A DNA stretch of 64,000 nt, from assembly GCA_000165425.1 (NCBI GenBank), contig CT868096.1:764601-828600 (forward strand). Reading direction: 5' to 3'. The notes under the pieces were generated by a model. That model searched no databases and was not told the origin of the DNA. It saw only the letters and a list, made by a program, of their open reading frames with translations. Below, in pieces: positions 52,195 through 64,000 of this stretch. Position numbers and translations under genes: made by a program. Origin of the DNA: Paramecium tetraurelia. Taxonomy: Eukaryota. Every line of letters begins with the position of its first letter. The stretch's first letter is position 1.

Positions 52195-52965
52195 TCATTA
52201 AATTTGATTCTCTTCTTCATCAGAACTACTTGGCATATCATAATTCCTTTATCCAGTGTTCTCCTTCTTTTAAGCCATCTCCAAATACTTTTGTTCTGCT
52301 ATTCTTAATTCTTTATCATTCTGACATTCAGAATAGAGATCAAAGGCATCTTTATTTAACTTAAAGAAGTTCTCTCCCCAAGTGAATTTACTAAGAATGA
52401 AATCTGCCTATTCTCTACGTCCACATAAGGCTAATGTAGCTGCAATGGCTTCTACACATGATAATTTAAATTATTTCCCATAATTCACTGGGTTTACAGC
52501 AACCATATGTGGTAATAGTCTTTCATTTGGAGATACATAAGTAATTTCTTCTATCTTTGCCCATGAACAATCAATTACACAAATCCCTTTTTGTAATAGT
52601 TCCTCATCTTCTTTTGATACATATTTCTTTCCATTTGCGCTTACTATGATTCCTTAAAATTTGACTTTTGGCTTTATTGCAGTCAATAGTTTAAATCTTT
52701 CCATTTTTCTGCCTGTGCATTTCTTAACATCACATTATCCATAATCAATCATGAACAACTTAACATCATTCAATCTTTCCTCTGTCTTTGCTATTTATTA
52801 TTAATCATCCTCATCGTCACTTTCATCTTGACTATTACTTTATTAGTTATTTAACTATTGCAATTGATGCAATGATATTTATTATTATTAACCTTACTAT
52901 TACTTTTGATCTCTTTTGTCCGATCTTGCCTTTTTCCAATTTTAATACCTCTATTTATTGTTCAT
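52195..52965 (-). CDS. TSR3: 18S rRNA aminocarboxypropyltransferase Tsr3
   Basis: 'QCDVKKCTGRKM', 'VIDCSWAK', '[28 protein letters not shown]', 'FTWGENF'. Intronless, 771 nt. Confidence 0.95.
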
Positions 52966-52994
52966 TAATTTATTTTTAATAATTACTAATATAA

Positions 52995-53530
52995 ATGAAA
53001 GCAAATCGATTTATTATCCATAATCCTGCTATTGAATCTTACTAACTGGAAGAGTATTATAATCACTTCAAAAGGATGGAAGAGATCAACAAAGAAAAGA
53101 CCAACATTTACAAAGTTATTGAGTCCAATAAATCTGCATCGAATAACAGATTTTTGATGCTTTAAAAAACATCTAAATTTAATAAATAACAATAATAAAA
53201 TGCTTAACATCGTCTTAAGAAAGTATTCTTCACAATAATTTACATAAGTTACTAGATGATAAGATCGAAAGGATAAAGGTGAGAGAAAATCCATATGTCA
53301 ATTAAACTAGATTAAGAGGTATTACTTCACTTGATCTAAAAAGTCCAAATTTCAGTTTCAACAGTTGTTTAGAGAGTCACAACTTAATGAAAAAACTTTA
53401 ATCTCTTAAACCCACTATATCAAACAAAATTCTGGACATAGATTACTAAAAATAAAAGGAATATGGAAGTAGACTAAGAAAACTACCTAAATTACCAGAT
53501 TCAGACAAAAAATATCACTATTTGTTTTGA
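52995..53530 (+). CDS. Small basic protein, possibly CFAP97/Hemingway-like
   Basis: ATG 52995 to TGA 53528-53530 with one 26-nt intron. 'LMKKLQSLKPTISNKILDIDYQKQKEY' resembles the CFAP97 domain (inference). Confidence 0.65.
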
Positions 53531-54275
53531 TTTATATATTTTAAATCAGTCACATTAATTCTAAGTCTAATCTTACCCAAGTATGATTTTAATCGCACTC
53601 TTGGGATTTTCGTTGAAATTCAATAGCAAAATCACATTTCGCACATCTTCATAAACACTTACCATTATTGATTGAAATATTAATTGGTTTCGTGGACCGC
53701 TTTGTTACAATCGTTAAATTGAAGAACTAATCTTAGATACTAAGTTCTATATTAAAAATGGTTATTAATTTTATAAAATTTATTAATAATGTCACATATT
53801 AATTTCTGATGTATTCTTTTCATTACAAATATGATATATTATCAATACTACTCTTCTCTATAAAGATAACAAGATCAATATAGTTTTTATTTTATCTCAT
53901 TCTTCAAATGCGTGAGCTATTTAAACAAGTATTTTTATTGTGTCAATCATCAGATTTTAGTGATTACTCTACTAAATTTATTTAAAATATAGCAATCGAT
54001 ATTGTTTAGCATATATACTCATAAGTGATTTATCAAACTCAAATAGTTGCTATTATCATTTTTGCAAACATAATAGAGATTGAAATCATTAGTTTTACAG
54101 TTCCATTTTGTTTAATTTATTCACACATAGAGATGATTCTATTCATGTAATTTCTCAACATAACTGAATTTGAATTTAATTTATGATTGATTCAGATTTA
54201 GATCAAATAATGAATGAACTTTTTTCGATCTAATGATTATATTTATATTTAATAAAAACAATTAAGTTCCGTTAA

Positions 54276-55420
54276 ATGAATTAAGCCTCGAGTTCTCACT
54301 CCAGAAACTTTTATAATTATAATGGAAGTGCCTATTCAACAGATAGCATGAGAGTGTATAGTAAATCTCCTAAAAATGCATAATAATACATTAATCGATA
54401 TTAACCCTGTATTTATTCCACGATGAGCAATATCTAAAATTTACAGTCTCTTAAAAACCAAATATCTCAATTGCAATCTGTTTTAACTCAATAGCACCGC
54501 AAGAGTAGTTTTACGAGATCAAAAGCAGACTCATCAACAAATATGTCCAATGATAGATCCTTCTACACCATGATCAAAGAATAATTGAAATAGGTTGGCA
54601 ATCTATAAACCATTGATAAAGAGACCAGCAATCAAAATATCACCCAAACCACTTAGCAATTCAAAAAGGATTATATCAGTAATAAGAAGTTGGAATAGGA
54701 CACAGAAAAGTAATCCAAAAACGTAACTCCTCAAGGGAGTGCTGTGAAGAACTCAAGCATCCTGAAAGAGACAACAACTAATGTGATTAAGAGTGAAAAA
54801 TAATAGGCTTTAAAACATTTATTATATCCGGTCAGTGAGACCAAGGGAGAAAAAAATATGAAACAAAACAATAAATTAGAGGAGTAACTTCGAGTCGGAC
54901 TTCAAGATAAGTTGAGTTATTTGGAATAGAACAAATAGGAAAAATTGACGAAATTAGTTTAAGGTAATCAATCAATGAATTACATAGAGTTTAAGAATGC
55001 TAAGAAATCACTTGAAGAAGATTATTAAAATCAAGTTCAAAATGAGATCTAGATATTTGAGAGAAAACTCAGAAAATTAATGATGTCATAAAACAAAGAT
55101 AAGAAATTAAAAAGACTTAAAAAAAGTAGTTTATTATTGAATTCAAAACTAAATCAAGATTCTCCTTGTATGGTATTGTTTGTAATAATTTGAATAGCTT
55201 AAAGCTCATCACAATCATCAGAATAAGAAATCAAAAGTTCTTACAATTTAATGAACACTTTCAAAAAATCAGATAGGACCTAATTAGTCAGTAGTTTTAA
55301 AAAAGATTGTAATATTTTCATTTATTCTTTATAGCTTCAATAAATAAGGACAAAAAGTAAAAGGTTAGATTTGAAAATGAATAGGGCACTAGGTTCAAAA
55401 CAGAAACAGAGAACATATGA
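54276..55420 (+). CDS. Hypothetical low-complexity/coiled-coil protein
   Basis: ATG 54276 to TGA 55418-55420, with two tiny introns near the 3' end. Confidence 0.75.
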
Positions 55421-55992
55421 ATCTACTTTGATATTAAAGATTTATAATTTTTTTGTAAATGTATTATTCTAAAACTTTTTCAATATACAATAATCACAAA
55501 CAATTTATTATAATAATTTATAAATATAGAATAAATTGACAAAAATCACAAATAACTTTCATAACATCAATCTGAGATTGCTATTGTGTAATTTATCTAG
55601 AAATTGGAAGAGGGACAACAAAATAATTTCTACATTTTTTTCAAATAAACTAATTAATGAGAAAATAAGATCAAAAATATAACATCTCTTTGATTATTAT
55701 TAATATATTAAAGACTTGAAAATAGAATGTTGAAGAGAGATAAATCAATCTACAGAGTATCTTAGGAATTGTATTCACAATTAAAAATTGTATAAAGTAA
55801 ATAAAATATATATATTGATATTGTAACAGTTCAATGTATAAAGGACTCTTTAATAATTTATTGACATTTCTCCAATGATAAATTACAACAAAATCATTTT
55901 TAAATCTTTCAGATAATATGGTTTTAAGAATGAATATATAAACAACTATTGATATTTCAGATTATTTAAATTAATTGGAGTACCTCATATTA

Positions 55993-56361
55993 TCAAAAGA
56001 CTTTGCAAAAAGGACAACAGGATTCCTTCTCTTCTTCTTAATTATCATTGGAGTTATATTCTTTCCAGCTTTCTACATAATGTATTTGGTATAATTGATT
56101 GCAAAACGTAATTTAGTGAGCTTTGGATTTTTTCAATATTGGTTACCCTGTGGAATCAAGTCGAACTTTCTTTTATGAGCAGGATTTCTAATCTGAAGAT
56201 AGCATTCCTTTGGATTTAAATTAAGTAGATAATTAATCTTTTTAAGTTGTTTCAATGCTTTCTGATTAGAGTTTATTTTATTGAGTTTGTTCCTTAATAT
56301 TGAATGGGATTTCAATCAATTTTCTATCTGTTTCATCCTAAGGTTGTGGATAAATTTACAT
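55993..56361 (-). CDS. Small protein (122 aa) with RVxF-like motif and Cys-rich CaaX-like C-terminus
   Basis: Intronless. 'RLDSTGQPILKKSKAHQITF...IHYVESWKEYN...SCCPFCKVF*'. Confidence 0.75.
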
Positions 56362-56942
56362 AATAATGTGATGATTAATAATATAATATATATATAATGT
56401 TAAAATAAAATATTATTAATCATGCAACAAATTAATTATTAAATTTCCAATTCTCAAAGTTAATAAAAATGGAAGAATATATAAAAAGAAAATAGAAGAA
56501 TGCAAAGTAGGATGTGGGATCACAGCAAATTTCTTATTTTGAAAATTAAATGTTTTGAATGTCAATGCAAATCTTCAATTGATTCAATTATATTTAAATG
56601 CACAATAACTGTAAAATAAAATTTATGATGATGTGATGAAGTCGTGATTGTCAATGTTCATGTGAAAAATAAGAAATCAAAAAAGGATTCGTAAGGGAAT
56701 GCTCAATTAGAGTACTTTGATATAGTTTATCAAGTGATTTTATGATGAAAACATTATCTCGGATATTATTGTAGTTATAAAAAAGAGGTCGGAAAAATTA
56801 AAGTAAAATAAATTTGTGAATAATATGACGAATAATTTTAAACCGGTTTAAATGATTGATTATGAGATATCTTTAAATATATCAACATTCGAGATTGAAT
56901 TGAAGCTATTTTTATTCAATTTGATAATTTTTAATAATAAAT

Positions 56943-58691
56943 ATGATATTTAGCAAAGGTCAAGTGGAAAATTAAGAGTTTTGGAATAAAACTGACATTC
57001 CGTCATTTGACAAGGAAGACTTTCAAAATATGCATGTGCTAATGGGTAATTTCACCAAGGTAGGGAGGACCTTCAAATAGAGATGCCTCAGAACCTACTT
57101 TTTGGTGAAATAATTTTTATTGTACTCTGATGTAGGAAGTGGAAATAACATTAAAGGATTTGTATAATTGGATACTGTATATTGTTAATTTAATTAATTG
57201 GAAACAGGATTTTAAATAGCATTAATAAATAATGGTTATTAGATTCACCTGAATACAGAGGACAAGTAATAATTCAAAACCTGGGAAATTGCATTATCAA
57301 ATTGCTGTATCTTAAGTGATTTCGATAAAGTATACAAACTGGGAATGCAAATAGGTTCAGGAAGTTTTTCAACAGTAAACCAATTTTTATATTTTAAGGT
57401 TCATTAATGTTCTAATCGGGAAGGTGAGATGTTTGCTGTAAAAATAATAAAAAAACAAACAATAAAATAATTTAATAAAAATAAGAGTTATGAGGAATAA
57501 TTATTAAATGAAATCTAAACTCTTAGAATGTTTAATCATTCAAATATATTAAAATTATATAGAGTTTATGAGAATCAATAAAAAATATGTCTATTGACTG
57601 ATTATATCGATGGTCCGGAGTTGGTATCACAGCAATCCTCAAAAAAGATTTACTCCTCTGACGATTTAAGAATAATGATAATCCACCTTCTCAGCGCAAT
57701 TGAATAGATACATTAATAAAAAGTAATGCATCGAGATATCAAACCACAAAACATCCTATTAAAAAATAATAACATTCAGAACCCTGTTCTAATTGATTTC
57801 GGATTGGCAGCATTTACTTGGTAGAAGAATATGCCATTTCCTTAATGTGGAAGTCCAGGGTATCAAATTTTACTATTTATTATAGCTATTCAGCCCCAGA
57901 GGTATTGAAATATGATGAATCTAAAAAGATATACAATTAATAATGCGATATTTTTAGTTTAGGAATTACTTTATTTGTTGTTCTTTATGGTTATAATCCA
58001 TTTAAACATAACGATTTAAAATAAACTATTAAAAAAAATACTGATGGATATTTTGAAATACCCTCATCTAAATATCCTAAATCATGTAAATACTCCTTAT
58101 TAATATTAATTAGTGGAGAATCTAATCTGTTAAATGACAAAGAAGTATCCTAAAGATAGGATTACTATATCAGAAGCATTAAATCACCCATTCTTTTAGA
58201 CCCCATTTTTTTGTTAAATTCAATTACCCAAATAAATTGTATCTAAATAATATCATGACATCATTGCCAAAGGAGAAATTAATACACACATCAACGCCAG
58301 TATGGAAATGGATCAAGGTGTCAATTATGTCAGCCAAGCTAATACCTAAACCACTCCTCAAAATAATGGCTATAAAAATAGAACCATCTCAATAATAAGT
58401 GTGCCTATTAGTAGAAAGAGTCAGGATTATTAAAAATAACAGGAGATAAGTTCATAATCTAGAACATCTAATGATAGGGATTTTAATCCGCAGGATAAAA
58501 TTCGAATGCCCTCTAAAACATTATCTTATCAAAAAAACATTCAATTAGATTATGAGGACGAATATCAACTCAATAATATGGAACATGATAATAATTATGT
58601 AGACCAAGAACATTTATATAAACTAAACTTCTCTATTAACTAAAAGTTATTTTAAACCTCTAAGCTTTGTTTAAGTAAACAAGACAATTGA
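56943..58691 (+). CDS. Ser/Thr protein kinase (CAMK group) with N-terminal PH-like domain
   Basis: IGSGSFSTV, FAVKII, HRDIKPQN, DFG, CGSPGYSAPE, DIFSLG. Three introns. Confidence 0.93.
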
Positions 58692-58733
58692 CTAATTAAT
58701 ATTTATTTATTCCTAAAATACTTTAATTATTTA

Positions 58734-60534
58734 TCATTTGTATTTTTGTAAAATTCCACCTGCTGAGCCTACTAGACAACCAATATCGTGAATCCAAAGA
58801 AGTGGTTCAGAGAAATTCTTTTTTGGACCATTAATAGCTTTTTTGATTTCTCCATCAATTACAGAAATGAATTTGTGAGTGCCATCCCAGGATGAAGTTA
58901 CAAATAACCTAATAAAAATAGATGAAATTTATTTACTTTTGGTCTATTCTACTAAGAAATCTAACTACAGAATCATGAACTTTAATTATTTACTAAATTT
59001 CTATTGATTCAACAAAAGTGTAGATTGTTACTTCCCCAGAACTGTTTCCAGTAACAAATCTAACTCCATCTAAGGCAATTACTGATTTAATTTCACTATC
59101 CTAAGCAACTATTCCTACTAAATCTCCATTAAAAAAATTAGAAGCTACTAGGGTACAATCATCTGATACTGAGACAATAATGTCTGGAGTTATTAAAGCT
59201 ATGTCATTAACACTTGCCTAATGAACATCAATTTTCTACACCTATTCTTAGTTTTAAGCATCAAAAATTTTAATAGTCTTAATTAACAATAGATATTTAC
59301 TGCATCTTCTGAACATGATGCTATTAGATTTTTAGGTAAATTGATTATCTACCAAATGTATTTATCATGAGCATTAATGACTTTCCATTTTTCAAAGTTT
59401 TCCCAATCCCAATATTATAATTAAAATGATTCTTCATTTTCTTCAACACTTATTATTATTCCTTATTATACCTTGCAATTATATAGGTTTTATTATCTTC
59501 TAATGTAACTGAACGCAAAGCTGAAATGTCACTTTCACAATCTAACTATTAAACAAATGAAAAGTTTTTTGTCTTGTCAAATATAAATATCCTTGTTTCA
59601 GAACTATAAGCAAGAAGATGTTAATTAATGGAGATTATCGATTTCACTTAAGGATGCTCTTACTTCTCTTCTTGATTTGGTTCAATTAGAAAGTCCTTCT
59701 CCCCTTATAACTTTGTTTATATATGATATTACTCCTTTTATAGTTTCCACTAAAAATTCTTGGTCTTGCTTATTCTTTTCAATTAAGAATTGGAGTACAG
59801 GTTCATTTAAATCTACTTTTGGTTTCTCTACTACGCTCTAAAATCAAATAAGATTATTGATCAATACTTGTTTACTCATCTATTCAATCCTCTTTGAAAT
59901 TTCATTTTTATGCTAAGCAAAATCACTATGAACCTTCTCCAATTTCTATTTCACTCCTGATGTTTCAGTTAAAGCATCTAAAAATTACATTGATTCTTGA
60001 TCATTAAACAGCACTTTAGCCAATAAACCTGCACTTAATTCATCTCCTTTTTAAAATGAAATCTATTGATCAATTATAGAACCGAAGTCATCAATAGTTT
60101 TTGGATTCACCAACTAGAATTAGGTAATTAATAGTTGTTACATCGAATATATCATCAGTTGTGAAAAGATTATTAGGCAACTACTTAAATAAACAATTAA
60201 CAAATAAAGAATGAATGCTATTGAGTAAGATCTCATGAATATCATCTGCTAATTATAGTAATTTTGTTCTTAATTCTTCTGTCTCATTAAATAATGGAGT
60301 CATTTTTAATTTGAATTCTCCTACTAAATCATTTGAGACTTAAGTTTATAGTTTATTTTATATCTCTTTATAAGTGACAAACTATTCCTTTGTTCTTTAT
60401 TATTTGCAAATTGCACATGCTTTAAATGTTAATCTCCTGTCTGTATTATTTAAGCTTACACAATCATATGCATTATTGTGAATTTTGCATTAATCTTCAT
60501 TAAGGATTTTACTTTTGCCACTATTTGCTATCAT
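58734..60534 (-). CDS. WD40-repeat protein with N-terminal Cys/His (B-box-like) motifs
   Basis: 'CKIHNNAYDCV...CAIC' and a second C/H cluster, coiled coil, WD40 repeats ('IASCSEDA', 'IVSVSDDCTL', 'FVTSSWDGT'). Confidence 0.82.
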
Positions 60535-60911
60535 TCTTATTTTGAATTTTTAATTATCTAATTAATTAAATACAACAATATAAATTTAATCTTCTATGAT
60601 AAATTATTTGTTCAAACCATTTAAAATATTCTAAAATTTCATTGGTTACTAAATGACCCGTATTTTGATATTGTTGAAGATGTGAAGATGTTGTTCAGAT
60701 AACTTTTATATTTTTATAATTTGATTTTGAGAAATAAGAGGTTTAATTTTTTATATTTCAAATCAATCAAATCTGCAATCTAGCAATAAATACAAATTGA
60801 AATTATAAAATCAATCAGATTTCATAATATCAGTAATAATAATACTGTCGTTATTAGGATATGTGTAAGGATTCTATATTATTATTTATTATTTTTTTTT
60901 AATATATTTTA

Positions 60912-61825
60912 TCAATTTTAAAAAAAACTAATGAATTCTTACTCCTCTATTGAACCACTATTATTTTGATCCATAATTCTATAAACCCTGTTGATTACTG
61001 CCTTATTCCAATCCAATTCAAGCTAAAAAATTCAATAATTTAATTTACTTTCTTTAGTAAAAAAATGAATTCACTAATAGATAGATCTTTAGATTTATTA
61101 GTGTCAAACTCTTTAAAAACATTGACAACAAATGGCTTACCACCTGCTCTTGTAATAACTCGTTCTTTAATCTATTATAAGCTATTCTATAAATATTCTT
61201 AGAATGCAGTGTCTTCTTGCTTTTCATCAATATTCCAAGCTTTAGATAAAATAGATGTAAAGGTTTCATCAGATGCTATATTTAATGATAGCTCTTCATG
61301 AAATTCCAAAAATTATTCATAGGTTAATTCATCACCGACACGAATATTATCAATAAATGTCTTCATTCCATCTGTTAAATTATCAATCTTATAAATTTAT
61401 CCTAGTTTTATAGGCTTTAATCTTACTTAAATAATCTGATGTAATTTTGGTGTTCTACTAACTCTCATATACTTTGAGTACCATAGCTTTTCTTCTTTCG
61501 TTCATTTCTTCTCTAATAAAAGTTAGAAATTCTCGAAAACTCAAAACCCCATCTCCGTCTTTATCAAAATATTTAATTAGTGCTTGCAATTCAACAATTT
61601 TTAAGAACATTCCAACACTCTTTAACAGGTTATCTAATTCTTCTAGATTTAGTTTTCCGTTACCATTTTTGTCATATTATTAAAATATTGCTCTAATATT
61701 CAATGACTTTCTTAATACTTTAATCTTGATAATGTACAATAAGGATTGGCTTTGCAAACATGATTTCTAAATCTAAAAACCAATTCCTAAATAGTTGTGG
61801 GCAATCCAACTCCGTAATATGCCAT
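60912..61825 (-). CDS. Multi-EF-hand protein, calcyphosin-like
   Basis: EF loops DKNGNGKLNLEE, DKDGDGVLSFRE, DTNKSKDLSISE, DQNNSGSIEEQE. 'EEMNERRKAMV' and 'SDETFTSILSKAW' are calcyphosin-type segments. Confidence 0.88.
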
Positions 61826-61949
61826 TGTTTTTATTATATTATTAAATTTAATGAAAATAAAGAAATTATAAAACTTATTAATCTTATGAATTTAATAAAT
61901 CACAAAATTGTTTCGCATACAAGAGGTTTATAAATAAATAAAAGTCATT

Positions 61950-63017
61950 TCATTGAATTAATTGAGAAGAGACTGTTTAAGAATTAAATTATGGAAATTC
62001 AAACTTAGGTTTGTTTTGAGATTTTTCACAAGTCTTATCTAATTCTAGATAACCATCCAGATTCAGATCTTATACTTGTAATTTTGGCTTTTCTTATTAT
62101 AGTTATGTGCCACTTTAAGTTTTTAATAATTTATTAGTTCTATTTTTGATCTACAAATCCTATAATTAAGCAAAAGTATATACAGATCTTCCGAAAAAAT
62201 GACGAGCAATCTAAGCCCATTTAGATCCAAGTTAATTATATAACTACAATAATTTTTGATCCTCTGAATTAGACCATGGCTATTTCTTGACATCTACAAT
62301 ATCTGACCTTAATTTATTTATGTATCTCTCCCGTATTTGTTTGCCTGTCTTATTTTTTAATACTGTCAACATATGATATTTTATTTACTTGTAGCTATTG
62401 CTGCCCAATTGTTTTCTTCCTTATTTATATTGTCTAAAATTAATTAATCTTCTTCCGGAGTCCATTTGCTTTTCTAGGGTTATTCAGGTTTATGCTTTCT
62501 CTGCCAATACTATTTGCATTATGCCATGGTTCTTCCTGACATTCTTTCAACAATCCTCTGCCAATCTCCATTAAATTAATAATACAAATTTGCTAGTAAA
62601 TCATTTTCATCTTAGGTCCATTTTTTTATTTTCCCAGTCTGAATTCTATTCTAACTAATTGATTACATTTTTTTCAATCTCTCTACTTCTACTCCTGGAT
62701 TCACAGGTGCAATCTTCCACTTTATATTGATTATTGAAAATCTAATTTTTGTTTATCAAACTTGAATCAATTTCTATAGCAAAATTATTTGTAGATGACA
62801 ATCTCTAAACAGCATCCAAATTATCAGATATTTCATTGAATTCTTCCTAAAAACTAAAAGAATTTCATCAATTATACTTCATATCTCCAAGTTATTCACA
62901 TTCAAACTTTAATTAATTGTTTTAATCTAAAAGGTCATCTAGAAACTAATTTCCCTAAATAAAACAAAGTTAATCATCGTTCTAAGGATCAAAGATGAAG
63001 TCTTCATCATAGCTCAT
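61950..63017 (-). CDS. Three-repeat (R1R2R3) Myb transcription factor
   Basis: 'KWTQDENDLL', 'KWTPEEDQLI...KTGKQIRERYINKL', 'PWSNSEDQKL...GSKWAQIARHFFGRS..QIKNR'. Confidence 0.92.
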
Positions 63018-64000
63018 TTTAAATAAATATAAGTAATTATCAAAAAAAACACATCATAATTCATATTCTTTCAACTTCTCAACAGCTATATCTCGTATTT
63101 CTGAATTTAAGAACAAACCATTTAATGATTGTTAAAAATATACATTTTAATTTACAATTGCAAATCTATCTAGTTAAAATATTATAAATATAATTATATA
63201 ATACAACATATATTTAATAAATAATATAATGATAATAATAATAATTCGTATTTGAAAAAGAACCATTTTATATTCACACAAATCCTAATATAGATTCAGT
63301 TTCAATAAAATATTAATAAAATTACTTAACCAATTCAAAAACAATAAAAAGCACTTAAAATTCTAATTTAATGCATTAATTTATTACAATAAATATCAAT
63401 TATAAAGATAGATATCAATTACAGAGTATGTAGGTTCCAAATAAGAATTTGATATCCAACAATCTGTTGATTATTGTAATAGAAATTAACAAACTATAAA
63501 TTAATTAAGTCTTATAAAATCAAAATTGATAAGTTTCAGTTATTTTAATATTTTTTTTTTTTCCAAAGATCTATTAGTGATTTTATACTTTTAATTTGCA
63601 AATTTTAGATTATTTCTTATTCTTAATTTAAATTATCCGAGCAAACCATCAGAAACATACCCATATGAATTGAAGTCAAAGTGTTATGAAGTGTTTCACC
63701 ATTGCTGTCCGATTATTTAAAAATTGGATCCAGAGTCCCATTTACAAGGATCTCAAATATATATTTTGATATAATAAAAAGGTTTCCTATTACTTTCTCT
63801 TTATCGTTTTTTGTAAATTATAATAAATCATCCTTAAATAATGTAATACAAGATAGCGTATAAATCAACTAAAAGACTGTTATTTATTTGGCTTCAATTT
63901 CCTTTGACTTTTTTTTAGTTAGTTTCTCTAATTGAAACATTTAATAGAGGATGGAATATAGAAGATTACAATGATTGATATCATTTTCATCATAATGCTT

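Noticed and set aside
61060..61100. Suspected frameshift in the third EF-hand of the calcyphosin-like gene
   Set aside because: Recounting bases gives a continuous frame (DTNKSKDLSISEF).
63530..64000. Possible 3' part of a minus-strand gene at the window end
   Set aside because: Only a short open stretch with no recognisable motif; cannot be told apart from a decayed remnant.

Overview
AT-rich, gene-dense ciliate macronuclear DNA, most likely Paramecium. Genes read correctly only when TAA/TAG = Gln and TGA is the sole stop, and they carry tiny (about 20-30 nt) GT-AG introns. The supplied standard-code ORF track therefore shows only fragments. By manual translation I find about 32 protein-coding genes. 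Recognisable ones are a Shaker-like K+ channel, ProRS with an N-terminal editing domain, an Arl, an RCC1-tailed myosin, PDI-P5, a Rab, PP2A-C, the citrate carrier, a TAF5-like protein, a PQ-loop protein, cathepsin L, an RSPH1-like protein, PP4R2, a probable ATP synthase i/j subunit, a SAPS protein, Tsr3, kinases and pseudokinases, a calcyphosin-like protein and a 3R-Myb. Several gene-sized gaps contain decayed coding remnants. The most unusual element is a solitary, well-folded nuclear tRNA-Ile with a GAU anticodon and bacterial/organellar-type features (10224-10295), a class normally absent from eukaryotic nuclear tRNA sets. Gene packing is extreme, with spacers of 2-32 bp. All coordinates were derived by hand; no searches were run.
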